Assembly: GCF_009914755.1 (NCBI RefSeq)
Contig: NC_060926.1
From: the human T2T-CHM13v2.0 reference genome, Homo sapiens
DNA length: 64,000 bases
Direction: 5' to 3' (one strand)
Shown: piece by piece, positions 47,573 to 64,000 of the stretch
How positions within the stretch are numbered: position 1 is the first letter of the stretch
Layout: each line of letters begins with the position of its first letter
Notes under the pieces: generated by a model
What the model saw: the letters and a program-made list of their open reading frames with translations, nothing else
What the model was told of the DNA's origin: nothing
Database searches by the model: none
Translations under genes and position numbers: made by a program

Positions 47573-47910
47573 AGCTCTTAGTGCATCTAAATACTTGACA
47601 AGAGCAAAGTAAACCTTTAGAGAAAGGCACCTTTAGGCCTCGGAAAATGCTACACATAATCTAAGGACAATGAACAGAATATACATAACACTCAAGTAAA
47701 CAAGGCATCATGAATAAAAACCTGCAAAAAGACACAAAACATTTCAGATAGGAGAATTATCAGATCTTAAAATGCTCACAATGTGTAGATGCATAAAGGA
47801 CAAACATGAGAAAGATAAATGAAACAGAAAAACTATTAAATGTTACATAGATTTGGAAAACAACCAAACAGAATTTCTAACATGAAAAATAAAATAATAA
47901 AGCTCAGACA

Positions 47911-48540
47911 GGTCTGGCTGCCTATTAGACAAAGACAGCAAAGTGGAAGACAGAAGGAATTATATAAAATATATACAGAAAGAACAAAAGATTAAAAATA
48001 AGATATGCAGAGAATAAAGTGAGAAATTCATATATAAGTTTAAATAAAAATTCCAGAAGTAGAAGAGTGAAGAAATGTGAGACATATCTAAACATTTAGT
48101 GGCTGAGAATTTTCTAGAACCAGTAAATGATATGAATCCACAGATGCAAGGGACCTAACTGAGCTCAAACAGGATAAATAAAAGACATCTAAACCCAGAC
48201 ATGTCCTAAGTCAAAAACAAAATAGGTGTGGCGGCCTATTAGACAAAGACAGCAAAGTGGAAGACAGAAGGAATTATATAAAATATATCACAGAAAGAAC
48301 AAAAGATTAAAAATAAGATATGCAGAGAATAAAGTGAGAAATTCATATATAAGTTTAATAAAAATTCCAGAAGTAGAAGAGTGAAGAAATGTGAGAGACA
48401 TATCTAAACATTTAGTGGCTGAGAATTTTCTAGAACCAGTAAATGATATGAATCCACAGATGCGAGGGACCTAACTGAGCTCAAACAGGATAAATAAAAG
48501 ACATCTAAACCCAGACATGTCATAATTCAAAAACAAAATA
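47911..48540 (+). repeat. Head-to-tail tandem duplication, 314 + 316 bp, of an old L1-like segment
   Basis: 47911-48224 vs 48225-48540: 5 substitutions and 3 small indels by manual alignment. Confidence 0.95.
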
Positions 48541-48544
48541 AACT

Positions 48545-48689
48545 AGCCACATGTAGAGCTGTGCAGGAGGATCGCTTGAGCCCAGAATTTTGAGACTACA
48601 GTGACCATGATAGCACCACTTCATACCAGCCTGGGCAACAGAGTGAGACACCATCTCTAAAAAAATAATAATAAAATAATAAAATAAAA
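48545..48689 (+). mobile_element. Partial Alu right arm (FRAM/J-like)
   Basis: GGATCGCTTGAGCCCAG...CAGCCTGGGCAACAGAGTGAGAC. Confidence 0.75.
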
Positions 48690-49027
48690 CATTCTACACC
48701 AAGTGAAATTATCTCCAATGAATGAAGTTTTGGTCAGATTAAAAGTTTTTCCACCAGCAGAAAAGAAGTGGCCCAGGAAAAAGTAAAGGTTGTCACCTTT
48801 ACAGCTAAATGTAAATGAATATTAACTCTATATTATACTATAGAGTAAGATTCAAAAAAATTTATTCAAATGACAGTATCTTAAGGCCAACAGGAACTTG
48901 GTAAATGGAGTTATCATTTTAAGGTCGTTGTATTTTCCACAAAAAGACCTTGTTAAATATACTGTTTTACTTTGTAAAACAGGCAGGCAGAGACTAGAAT
49001 CATCTCTCTATTAAAAATAATAAACTC

Positions 49028-49310
<283 letters not shown>

Positions 49311-49519
49311 TATTATGAAGGCAACAAATCAGAAAATAAAATGAAGTAAAACTCCATCTCTAGTTAAGATTATCAGACTAGGCTTTTAAAATACTCTAAC
49401 TACAAGAGATAATCTAAGAAACAAGAATACAGAATGAAAGAAGATGAAAAATACCATACAAACACTAGGCAAAGCTGGTGTATCTAAAAAAGACTTTACA
49501 ATAAGACTCTTGTTTTTAA

Positions 49520-49815
49520 AAGTAATAAAAACTTTTAGGGTGGTAAAAATTACAGTTTATAATACTACAATGGTAGCTGTATGTCATTACAAATTTGATA
49601 GAAGATGCAAAAAGAATAAATCCTAATGTAAACTAGGGACTCTGGGTAATAACATATCAATGTAGGTTCACTGACTGTAACAAATGTACCACTTCGGTGG
49701 GGGATGTTGATCACAGGAAAAGGCTATGCATGTTGAGGGGTAGAGGAGTGTACAGGAAATCTCTGTACCTTCAGCTGATTTTTGCTATGTGAGCCTAAAA
49801 CTACTCTTAAGAAGT
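49520..49815 (+). mobile_element. L1MB/MD-type 3' end
   Basis: CCTAATGTAAACTAGGGACTCTGGGTAATAA...GGAAATCTCTGTACCTTC. Confidence 0.6.
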
Positions 49816-50037
49816 CTTTTAAGGCATTAAAAGGCATTACCAGAGATAAAAAGAGTACCTCCATAGTGAAAAAGGGTTTAATCCAGTGACACTGCAATTC
49901 TCAATTTATATACACTTCATTTATATACAAGGCCTAATATTACATATTAAAAAACTAAAAAATACCAAATCCAAAGTGGATTTTAAAACACTTCTCTCAG
50001 CAACCAATATAACAAGACAACTAAAAAATAAATAAGG

Positions 50038-50330
50038 GGCCAGGTGCAGTGGCTCACGCCTGTAATCCCAGCACTTTGGGAGGCCAAGGTGGGAGGATTA
50101 TTTGAGGTCAGGAGTTGGAGACCAGCCTGGCCAATGTGGTGAAACCTCGTCTCTACTAAAAATACAAAAATTAGCCAGGTGTGGTGGCATGCGCCTGTAA
50201 TCCCAGTTACACCGGAGGCTGAGGCAGGAGAATCGCTTGAACCAGGAGGCGGAGGTTGCAGTCAGCTGAGATCGTGCCACTGCACTCCAGCCTGGGCGAC
50301 AGAGTGAGACTCCGTCTCTAAATAAATAAA
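50038..50330 (+). mobile_element. Alu (S-like)
   Basis: Full dimer. Confidence 0.9.
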
Positions 50331-51364
50331 GATAATTATCTATTCAAGTTTTACAAAATCTTCTTGCCTTAAAGTTCTCTATACTTCTGCATAATTACAA
50401 CTCTGAAGAGCCCCATGGCACTTTGCAAACTTAGACATTTCGTTAGATGCCTCTGCAAGTGGGTACTTACATTAGACAACCATGTTTGCCTCCTCTCTCT
50501 CCCCCCTATGTTCCCACAGACTCCTATGAATGCTGCAACATAATACCTAACACCCTTCCAGATAGTCACAACACCTGCCACAAGTTAACCAGGATTCAAG
50601 ACTCAACAAACAACCTATGATGGACCAATGAGAGTCTCCTCCCAAGACTCTTTGGGTACCTAGATTGTAAAACCTAAGTTTGGCATTATAATGGCTGTAT
50701 TTAATACAGTCAAATTAGAAAGCAGTCTTTAGAGAGAAAGAGAGAGACAGCAGACACAAAGACAGTAGAGACAATAGGTGATAGTTTCGGAAATACTGGT
50801 TTCCCTAAGGCCCAGCTGCCTAATTCCATTCTTAAGGATTTCATTAGACACACATTGATAAGTCAATGTCAAGTAATAGTCTTAGGTAAGCAGGCATTCA
50901 ATTAATGTTTGAATATTTTTTAAGTCCCACTTTATTTTTTACACCTCCAAATTGACATTAGTGTAAACTTGACTCATTCAGAGATTTCCCCCAATAACAA
51001 AGACAAAATTAAGCCACAGCGCACGAAGTAACAACAATGTACAAAGACTTCTAACATGTGTCTCTCTTTAACCCTAATAACCCCAGAATTATAGCAAGAG
51101 AAAGCCATTACTCACATTTAACACAAAAAGTAAGACGCAAAGGAAATTCATCTATGCTCAAGCGTCTAAGGATTAGAATTAGAACTCCAGTCGCCTGACT
51201 CTCAGGCCAATTTACTTATACACTGACCTTTAAAAGGGTAAATTCAAATCAAAACTTTCTATTTGTATTATACTATATACAGTAATAAAAAAATCAACTT
51301 TTTAAGTGATAATACACAGTATAAAAAAAAGATTCTTCTCTAAAATTTGCATCAGATAGCATTT

Positions 51365-51905
51365 TGTTTAAATTTTTTTTTAAAGACAGGGTCCCACTGT
51401 CCACCAAGGCTGGAGTGCAGTAGCACAATCAAAGCTCACTATAACCTCCACCTCCTGGGCTCAAGTGGTCATCCCACCTCAGCCTCCCCAGTAGCTAGAA
51501 TTATAAGTGTGCCCCACCGCATCCACCTAATTTATTTTTATTTTTTGTAGAGACAGAGGTTGGGAGGTGTCTCACTGTTCCCCAGGCTGGTCTTAAACTC
51601 CTGGCTTCAAACGTTCCTCCAACCTTGGCCTCCCAAAGCATGAGCAACTGTGCTCAGTATTGCTGAATACACTAAAAGTCATCAGCAAGAAACAATAAAA
51701 TGGTATATTTTCTTTTCCCATTCCTTATTGAAGTAAAAGAGAAAAACATTAAGAAACCAGTAAAGCAAGAAAAAGAGGGCTAAACAAAACCACAGCCATC
51801 AAATTTCTTCTTTTTTTAATACAGATGAGATTTCCAGGCCTGTCTCGAACTCCTGAGCTCAAGCAATCCACCCACCTTGGCCACAAGCCATGGCACACGG
51901 TCTAG
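51365..51905 (-). mobile_element. Alu J-like (51365-51655) and short Alu relic (51810-51905)
   Basis: Reverse Alu motifs. Confidence 0.75.
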
Positions 51906-53252
51906 CCACCAAATTTATATACGCAATCACTTTTTCAGCCACAGGGAATAGAAAAATAGTTAAAACTGTAAAAAGAAGTAGAAACAGGAGGTACTGCCAC
52001 ACCTCCAAAGTGTTAGAACAGTTAAGGTTTTCCTCAGGTGGAAAAAAAATCAGGAAAACCAGCAAGAATGAGCTAGAATAAACTAGACCAAGATTCTACC
52101 CTGTGCTATCAGCTGTGAAAGACATGAGCTAGCCCAAGCCCTCTTTCAAAGACAACTTGAAGTGAGGTGTGCAGATAGCCAGCGGTGATACTGGAATCTT
52201 TGGTAGGATGCATGCAAGGTTTAAAAGAATGCTGGGAAGCTCAGACCAACGGAAGACCAAAATGGAAACAAGTAACTGGAGTAAAAGGCGACAAACTACT
52301 ACTCTAAGTACTATTAGAGAAGAGCAACCCGAGCCCTAGGGGTGGCAATACACATTCCAGGAAGAGCTGGTATATAAGAACTCATGAAAATAAGGTATTT
52401 CCCCAAGAGAGAAGTGGAATGGTCTAGAATGGGAGGCAAAAAGGGAGTTCTAGCAAGAGACAACTTCAGAAAGGTCTAGGGGCATGAATGAATGAGCAAT
52501 ATATAACTGTGGATAGGTTTCAAAGGAAAGCCTGAAAACATGCAAACAACTGAAATGACAAAACAACCCAAATACACAATTCACACCTATAATCTTCCAA
52601 ACAAACTGCATACCAAATATATAGAAGGCGCTAATAGGTCTTTTAAAACAAGTTGTTACATACAAAAAGAAAGCCTATGGAAGTTCTGTTGTTTGGTTTG
52701 TTTTTAACTGACATGGGTTTATTCAAAACACAGTTGCACAAAATAACTTCAAAGTTTTTAAGGAGAGATTCTTGAGAACTTAACACACTATGTACAGACT
52801 GTTATACAAAGGAAGCTCTTAAAAGTCCATCACACATTTCATGTTTGCTTTAGTTGAACTTCTACAACCTAGGAATTAAAAAACAAACAGAAACCTGGTA
52901 AATTGTTTCGCAAAAAGTAGAGTCATCACTATACTTGAATTTGGTTCTGAAATGAATTTGGCATCTTCCAATAACTGTTTCCTATCTAACCTGCTTGAAG
53001 TGACACTATCATAACCAACAAACGTATTTTCTAGTTAACGAGATGTTTAAATTCAAATAATTTAAGTAGAAATAGTAAATTGAAATTGCCAATGGGGTAT
53101 TTCTTCCTAAAGAGAAATCCAAATAACAGTTTCCATTTGCAGTCCCATACTACAGATGATTAAGATATTTTTCAGTTGATAAGATTTTTAACTAAGAAGA
53201 CAGCACATTACAACATTAATTCTAAAATTTAACCTAAAAGTTAATAGAATTT

Positions 53253-53596
<344 letters not shown>

Positions 53597-53603
53597 TCAA
53601 TAA

Positions 53604-54342
<739 letters not shown>

Positions 54343-54774
54343 TCAGAACAGTTTTTTAGGAACTGGAAGGTAATAAGACAGTCTTTTCCCTCAAGGAATA
54401 TACACTCTACCAGGGTCGGCAGACAAATAGCAATTACCAGACAGTTCTGTGAGGAAAACTAAGCAGTGGGAAGAGAAGAAGATAAGAAGAAGTAGAGACT
54501 ACAGACAGAAGATGGTAGCAGACAGGGTTCCCTACCCAAATTCCAACTACCCCACCTTTCTTCCCTGCTAAAAGAATCCAGCTACAACCGCCTTTAACCT
54601 CCCAGGAAGCAGGCTATTCCCTCGCCCTCAGGGATGAGTCATGATTGGGCTAAAGCCAGTTATTTCTTTCAAACTTCAAGATTAGAGGCATGAAATCAAT
54701 TTAGACCACTGGTTCATAATGAGGATTCTTATACTTGGAAGAAATAATTTCACTAACCTCTAATTGAAATTAAA

Positions 54775-55072
54775 GCCAGGCATGGTGACTCATGCCTGTA
54801 ACTCTAGCACTCTGAGGGGGCCAAGGCAGGTGGATCACTTGAAGTCAGGAGTTCAAGACCAGCCTGGCCAACATAGTGAAACCCCGCCTCTGCTAAAAAT
54901 ACAAAAATTAGCTGGGCATAGTGGTCGTGCCTACAGTCCCAGCTACTCGGGAGGCTGAGGCAGAATCACTTAAACCCAGGAGGCGGAGGTAGCAGTGAGC
55001 CGAGATCGCGCCACTCTACTCCAGTCTGGGCAATGCAGCGAGACTTCGTCCTCCCCCCACCAAAAAAAAAAG
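54775..55072 (+). mobile_element. Alu
   Basis: Full dimer. Confidence 0.88.
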
Positions 55073-56409
55073 AATTTTAACATTTCTTTCTCATATGAAT
55101 AGGCAACAAACCACAGCATTATTGGCGGTACCTTTAAGTTTGTACCAAAAGAAATCACTGATATTATATCACATTACAATTGCTGCAGATACCTCAAACT
55201 ATCCTTTACACTCAACTACTTTGAGAAGCTGCTAGATCGTTACTGACAGTGCTAATAAACATATTACTGATTACATACCAGCTTTCACAGTTTGAGAGCT
55301 AGACTTCCAACATTTTGAGATCTTTGGTTTTTTTGAATCTTATGGGTATTAATTTTGTGAATTTAACAATATTATTCTGAGGTATCCACGAGCTTCAGAC
55401 TGCTAAAGAATCTATGCTTCAAAAAAGGTTCAGGGCATCCAGACTTAAAAGGTCCTAACCAAAACTTTCAAATGAAACAGAGAAAAGAAAATAGAGCATG
55501 CATAATCATTAAGCACAGCTCATGCAACTTACTTCAGTTACACAGATATGCCTTCACATACAGTGCTGACACACAGTAGGTCATTCATATTAGACTGCAT
55601 ATTAGAAGAATTTAAAAGCCAATGGTCTAAACCTGGCTGTGTACAAAATACCATTACTGTGTGCGGGTTTTTTTTTCTTTTTCTTTTTCTTTTCTTTTTT
55701 TTTTTTTTTTTTTGCCAGAAGTATGATCCAGTTGTCAGTAATAAGATATACAGGGAGACAGGCTAGGCATCCTCTAGGAATACTTTTGCTTTCTAGATAA
55801 ACAACAATAGGAACACAACAGTATCTTTTCTTCTTCCTGACTCAAATGCAATGGACACAATGACTTCAAGCCTTGACAGCCATTCAGTAACCGTGAGAAC
55901 CACTTGCTGCTTAGAATGGCAGAGCAGAAACACACAGAGCCTGGCCCTTGCTGGAACCACTGTGCAAACGAACCATGTCGTGCAAGGAAAAACAAACCCC
56001 AATCTGTTTAAGGCCTTGTTGGTCAAGTTTTCTATTTACTTGCAGGTGAAAATGTTCCTATCAGAAAAAGGAATTATTATGGATAGGATGACCAAGTAAG
56101 GCCATCTGAGCTAAAACCTTACGCATGAAGAAACAGCCATTAAGATCTAGAAGATGACGTTCCACGGAGCAAGAAGAGCAAGTAGAAGGCAAGAAAAGCA
56201 GGAGATGATGTCAGAGAGGTGGCCATGTAGGAGCCTGTGAGCCACAACAAGGAGTCTTCTTACTCTTCCCATTGGGCTGCCACAAGCAAAGAGCCACATC
56301 CTGCACAAGGTTAATACAAATGATATTACAAGTATCCCAAGTTAATGCAAGATACTCCAAGGTAATACAAAAGATAAGGGAGGAAAATTTCATTTAAAAA
56401 CATGGTTTT

Positions 56410-57156
<747 letters not shown>

Positions 57157-57429
57157 TTAAGTAAATATAAAGCACATTAATGAAGAACTAATAATGCAAC
57201 AGGAAGATGCTCATCATATAATAGCATAAGGAAAAGCAATATGATCTGCTATTATTAAAACAGAGGCTAGAAGGAAAGACTACATACAAAAATGTTTATA
57301 GTGGTTATATGAGGTGGCAAAATTGGGGGTGATTCTTAGTTTTCTTTATTCAAATTTTAACAATTGCTCTATACTTTATAATCAGAAATAAATGCCTCAA
57401 AAAGCATAAGTTTTAAAAAGTCATTCGCT

Positions 57430-57665
57430 ACATGTTACGTGACACCCTGGATAGGATCCTGGAACAGAAAGACATTAGGTGAAAATTAAGAAAATTCAAA
57501 TAAAGTATAGGTAGTAATAATGTATCAATACTGGGTCATTAGTTGTGTCAAATGTACCATACTAATGTTAAAATTTTCACAAACAGAAACTGGATGTGGA
57601 GTATAGGAGAACTCTATCTCTGAAGCTTTTCTGTGAATCTGAAACTGACCTAAAATAAAAAGTGT
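57430..57665 (+). mobile_element. L1MB/MD-type 3' end
   Basis: CCTGGATAGGATCCTGGAACAGAAA...AATGTACCATACTAATGT...CTAAAATAAAA. Confidence 0.6.
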
Positions 57666-57670
57666 GTTTA

Positions 57671-57988
<318 letters not shown>

Positions 57989-58700
57989 TCAAGTGGGCAA
58001 GTGCAGATAATAGGAGTCATTACTAAGTTATAGCAGGCAAAAAGACAAAGTCGTTTAGGAAGAGAGAAGATATATTTTGAAAGAGTCAAGGGCAAAACGT
58101 TATACACAATAATGAATACCCAGCACACCACAGACCCTCACTTGTAGAATAAGGCCCTCAGTTATTATACTGTCTTCTCTGCAGTCTCTTAAAACAGTTT
58201 TCAGACACAAAAGGTTTAAACCATCTTCAAAAATAACAAAAGCATTATTGATCCCTTCAGGTAACAAAGTGCTGAGAATAACGAATATACTTTTAAAAAT
58301 ACCTTTGAGCTACCAAAATTATCACTGTCTTAAAGCCACATAATGCAAGCCTTTACCCTGAACTTAAGGTACACAAGTCTAGAAAGTAGTTTTGCAACTC
58401 AATGCATATTAAAAGCTGGGGGAGGAGGGTGTAGCTCACAGTGCCTAAACACCAAGACGCCCACCAATCAGAGCAAGGAGAGAACACATGCACTGCACAA
58501 AGCAATTAAGTTCTATAAAAAGCAGGCCATTTAGGAGTATCCAATAGCCAATGAGGGCCTTAAGGCTAAGTATAATAAACCAATGTTCACTAATGATGGC
58601 CACAACTCAGGCACAAAACATTACAGTGCATTCAGAACATTCTGAAAAATCAACACCTATATAGTAACTGTTGAAGAACCACATAAAGAAACATGTTCAT

Positions 58701-59447
<747 letters not shown>

Positions 59448-60236
59448 TTAAAAAAAGACCTTGAAACTAGGTAAAGAGGAATATGGGATGTTCCTTACAC
59501 TATTTTTGCAAGATTTTTATAAATCTGAGACTATATCAAAATAAAGACATCAAAAAATGTATGCCATATCACACTGCTAACACTGACCTTATTTATTTGA
59601 AACTGTAAGTAGTCAAAGAGACTATAATTAGCAGTGATAAAACACCTGAACCTAAATCAAATTTAGAAACAGCCCCCCACAAAACTTTTCTAAGTGTGTA
59701 ATCTGGGTCAGGGTTATTTTTCCTTTCAATTTTTAGATTCCATTTTAATTGTCCATTAAATTTACTCAAAACCTAAATTATAACATCTTAAAAATAAATA
59801 CACACTGTTGACTGTAACTTTATACATTGCCACCAACTGTGAAAATAAGGCACCATTTAGGAGAACTATTAACATTTACAATAAAACAAATACTATTTGA
59901 TCACTCAACTGGGAACCAGGCACTGTGCTAGGTAAGAACTTCATTTACTCATTAAAAACTGAAAAGAATCCTGAAAAGTATGTATTTTCTATATTTTACA
60001 CAGTAACATGCTCAAGGTCAAACAAGGAAAAACTAGAACCCAAGTTCATCTTGCTGCAGAGTCCATAACACTCGCAATGATCTCATTTCAACTCTAAAAT
60101 TCTACCACTCAAATAATTCCAAGATAGTATCAGAAAAATCCATCTTCTCAAAACTGTCTTTTCAGATGCAAAGGAAAGGAAAATAAAAACACTGTCTCTC
60201 AAAAGGCATGGTTACTAAAAATAGTATTCTTACAAT

Positions 60237-60490
60237 GCTGAGGAAGCTGAGGCAAGAAGATTGCTTGAGGCCAAGAGTTCAAGACCAGCCTGGGCAACGT
60301 GGCAAGATTTCATCTCTACAATAAATAAAAAATTAACCAGGCATGGTGGCACATGTCTGCAGTCTTAGCTACTCCACAGCTAAGGCGAGAGGACCACTTG
60401 AGCCCACAAGTTCGAAGCTGCAGTGAGATATGATCACACAATTGCACTCCAGTCTAAACAACAGAGAGAGACCTTATCTCTAGAAAAAAA
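60237..60490 (+). mobile_element. Alu (J-like, 5' truncated)
   Basis: Alu motifs. Confidence 0.8.
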
Positions 60491-60509
60491 TAACAAATTA
60501 ATAATAATA

Positions 60510-60730
60510 ATAGTTTACAAATGCAAGCACTTATCCTATACCAGGCATTGTTTTAAATGTTTTACATATATTAACTAATTTAATCCTCATAACAATCAGG
60601 ATATATATACTATTTTTACTCCCATTTTACAGATGGGAGAACTAGTGTCAAAAAAAAAAAAAGGTTATTCAACTAGTAATGTTGGAGCCTAGATTTAAAC
60701 TGAATCTCAGTGTTCGCTCTTACCCACTTC
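60510..60730 (-). mobile_element. MIR
   Basis: CCAGGCATTGTTTTAAATG...TTTAATCCTCATAACAA...CCCATTTTACAGATG. Confidence 0.6.
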
Positions 60731-61142
60731 ACTAAACTTATCATTATTCATACATTATCACATTATCCTCCACCAGCAGACTGTGCTAAGCTATATAAAG
60801 TACCACAGGCCCAGCCCTGAGCCAAGGGAAGGATTCAACACAGGTTAGTTGCTAATATTATTCAAGATGCCTTTTCTTAATATTCTTATCCCATTCATTT
60901 TCCACACCAGTGGACTGACCTAGATCATTAGACTATATTATATACCTTTTAAAGTGATACATCAAAAAGGGAACCAGGAATTTAAATCTGAATTCAAGGT
61001 GGGCAAATATATACAGATGCAAATAATGCAACTATTCTGAGAAATATCTTGGTAGTATTTTTACCATATTCTTTATTCCAAACAGTTGGTCATCTTATGA
61101 AGCATCCGCGTAACGTCTCACAATTCAGTTTAAGAGATTTTA

Positions 61143-62550
<1,408 letters not shown>

Positions 62551-64000
62551 TATATATACCATTTGCTTATAATTCACATGTATTAATTCCATATCCACTG
62601 CTAGAGTAACTGCACTGACATGCCTTAAATGATTGCTTTTCTAGGTTTGAGAGTATTGCTACATGCAATTCAAGCAACACCTTTAAGAGCTAAATGCAGC
62701 AGTTGCTGAAACCAAGATAACTCCTTTCCTTGAGCCATGATTCTAATACTAGCCCTTAAAATAGAAACAATTCCAGAATTTTTTTAGAACTGTTGTTTTA
62801 CTAAGTCCTTGATTTTACACTCCTTAAAATAACTATAGATAGATTAAGCCATTCCTAACTTTACAACTGTCTGAAGAAATATGGAAAACTTCCCAAATCC
62901 TTTACTATTGCATTAAAAATTTAAATAAACTCAGCAGGAATCATGAAAAAGTTCTAAGTTTCTTGAGATACAGTAAACTCTCAGAAGTTAACTCTGTAAT
63001 TATGAATCACCTTCATTTTCTTTTTTAGTAATAAGAAACAAAACCGTAACACTATGGCTGAATATCAGTAAACACATGAGTTAGGTAGTAGACCCATTTT
63101 ATAGAAGAGAAAGAAACTCTGGTATTCCAGCAAACATAAGTTTACCAATTCCTTAAATGATTCAAGAAATAAACTGAGTATCAATTAAAACATGTACCAC
63201 AATGAAGATATAAAATGATGGTGTATTAGCTCTTCAGTAATTCCTTTCAGTAGTCCTTACTTTCTGTAATGACAAGATACCTGGAAAAAATGTCATGGCC
63301 TAATATACAGGCAGCTGAAAAGTAATACTAGATGGTTAGAAGAGGCAGAAGGAGATTATCTTACAGCACCACACCAAAGGCTGAAATACCCCAAGTCTTA
63401 GTTCATAGCAGCAACTGGAAAGGCAACACTTTTCAAAAGGCAGGATGAAGAGTAGAGTAAAAAAGATGAACTCTGCAATTAACAGTCTAGTTTTCTGAAA
63501 GGATTTTGAGGCCAGAATGTGAAAATCAACACTAACATTACTAATGACAGTTGAGAAATAATTAGTAAATAGGTCTGATCACAAAGTTAAGACTACTGAA
63601 TCTTCTTAAACATCAGCCTACTTGTTGCCATCTACTGGGGGAAGGGCACAAATGCATTTGGACCTGGGGTGGAAGGGTAGAGAGCAGGGTCAAATTCCCT
63701 TGAGACTAAGCTGCTTTCCCTAGGTGGGAAGAAATGAAAATACATGCTTCATATAAAGGAAAAAATATATGAAGCTGGGTGGCTGTTTTACAGAAAAACA
63801 GGCACTCTTGTGCTACAGCAGTAAAACAGATAGACTTCACGAATATTTTTATTCTAAAGTCCACAAAATGTTGGACAATACAGCCTTCCTTACTCTACAA
63901 ACAGGTACAATTCTGAGTCATAAATCTGCATAGCTAGCATCTCTGCTTTCTACATAAGAATCAAATTAATCCAAACTGCAATTAGGAAAGTCTGTAAGAA

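Noticed and set aside
63255-63290. Possible 20-nt microexon (TTTTTTCCAG|...AA|GTAAGG)
   Set aside because: Short motifs expected by chance; weak donor context

Overview
Primate (human or close hominoid) genomic DNA lying entirely inside the TRIP12 gene (HECT E3 ubiquitin ligase) on the minus strand. The window holds three exons, all with canonical AG/GT boundaries: the start-codon exon (32653-32799), a 126-nt in-frame cassette-type exon (13103-13228) and an 803-nt exon encoding the Ser/Lys-rich disordered N-terminus (11469-12271). The rest is intron rich in transposons: roughly 54 Alu pieces by manual tally (mostly antisense to TRIP12), a full solo LTR12C with TSD, an MST LTR, a MADE1, Tigger3/MER58/MER5 relics, old L1/L2/MIR fragments and a U6 retrocopy. 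I found no evidence of a wholly new gene system. The best leads are an out-of-frame uORF overlapping a weak-Kozak TRIP12 start codon, a possible translatable exon circle, an antisense LTR12C promoter, a young ~315-bp tandem duplication with junction-clustered mutations, and a 26-bp perfect hairpin. Repeat family calls are from recalled consensus sequences, and repeat boundaries are approximate.
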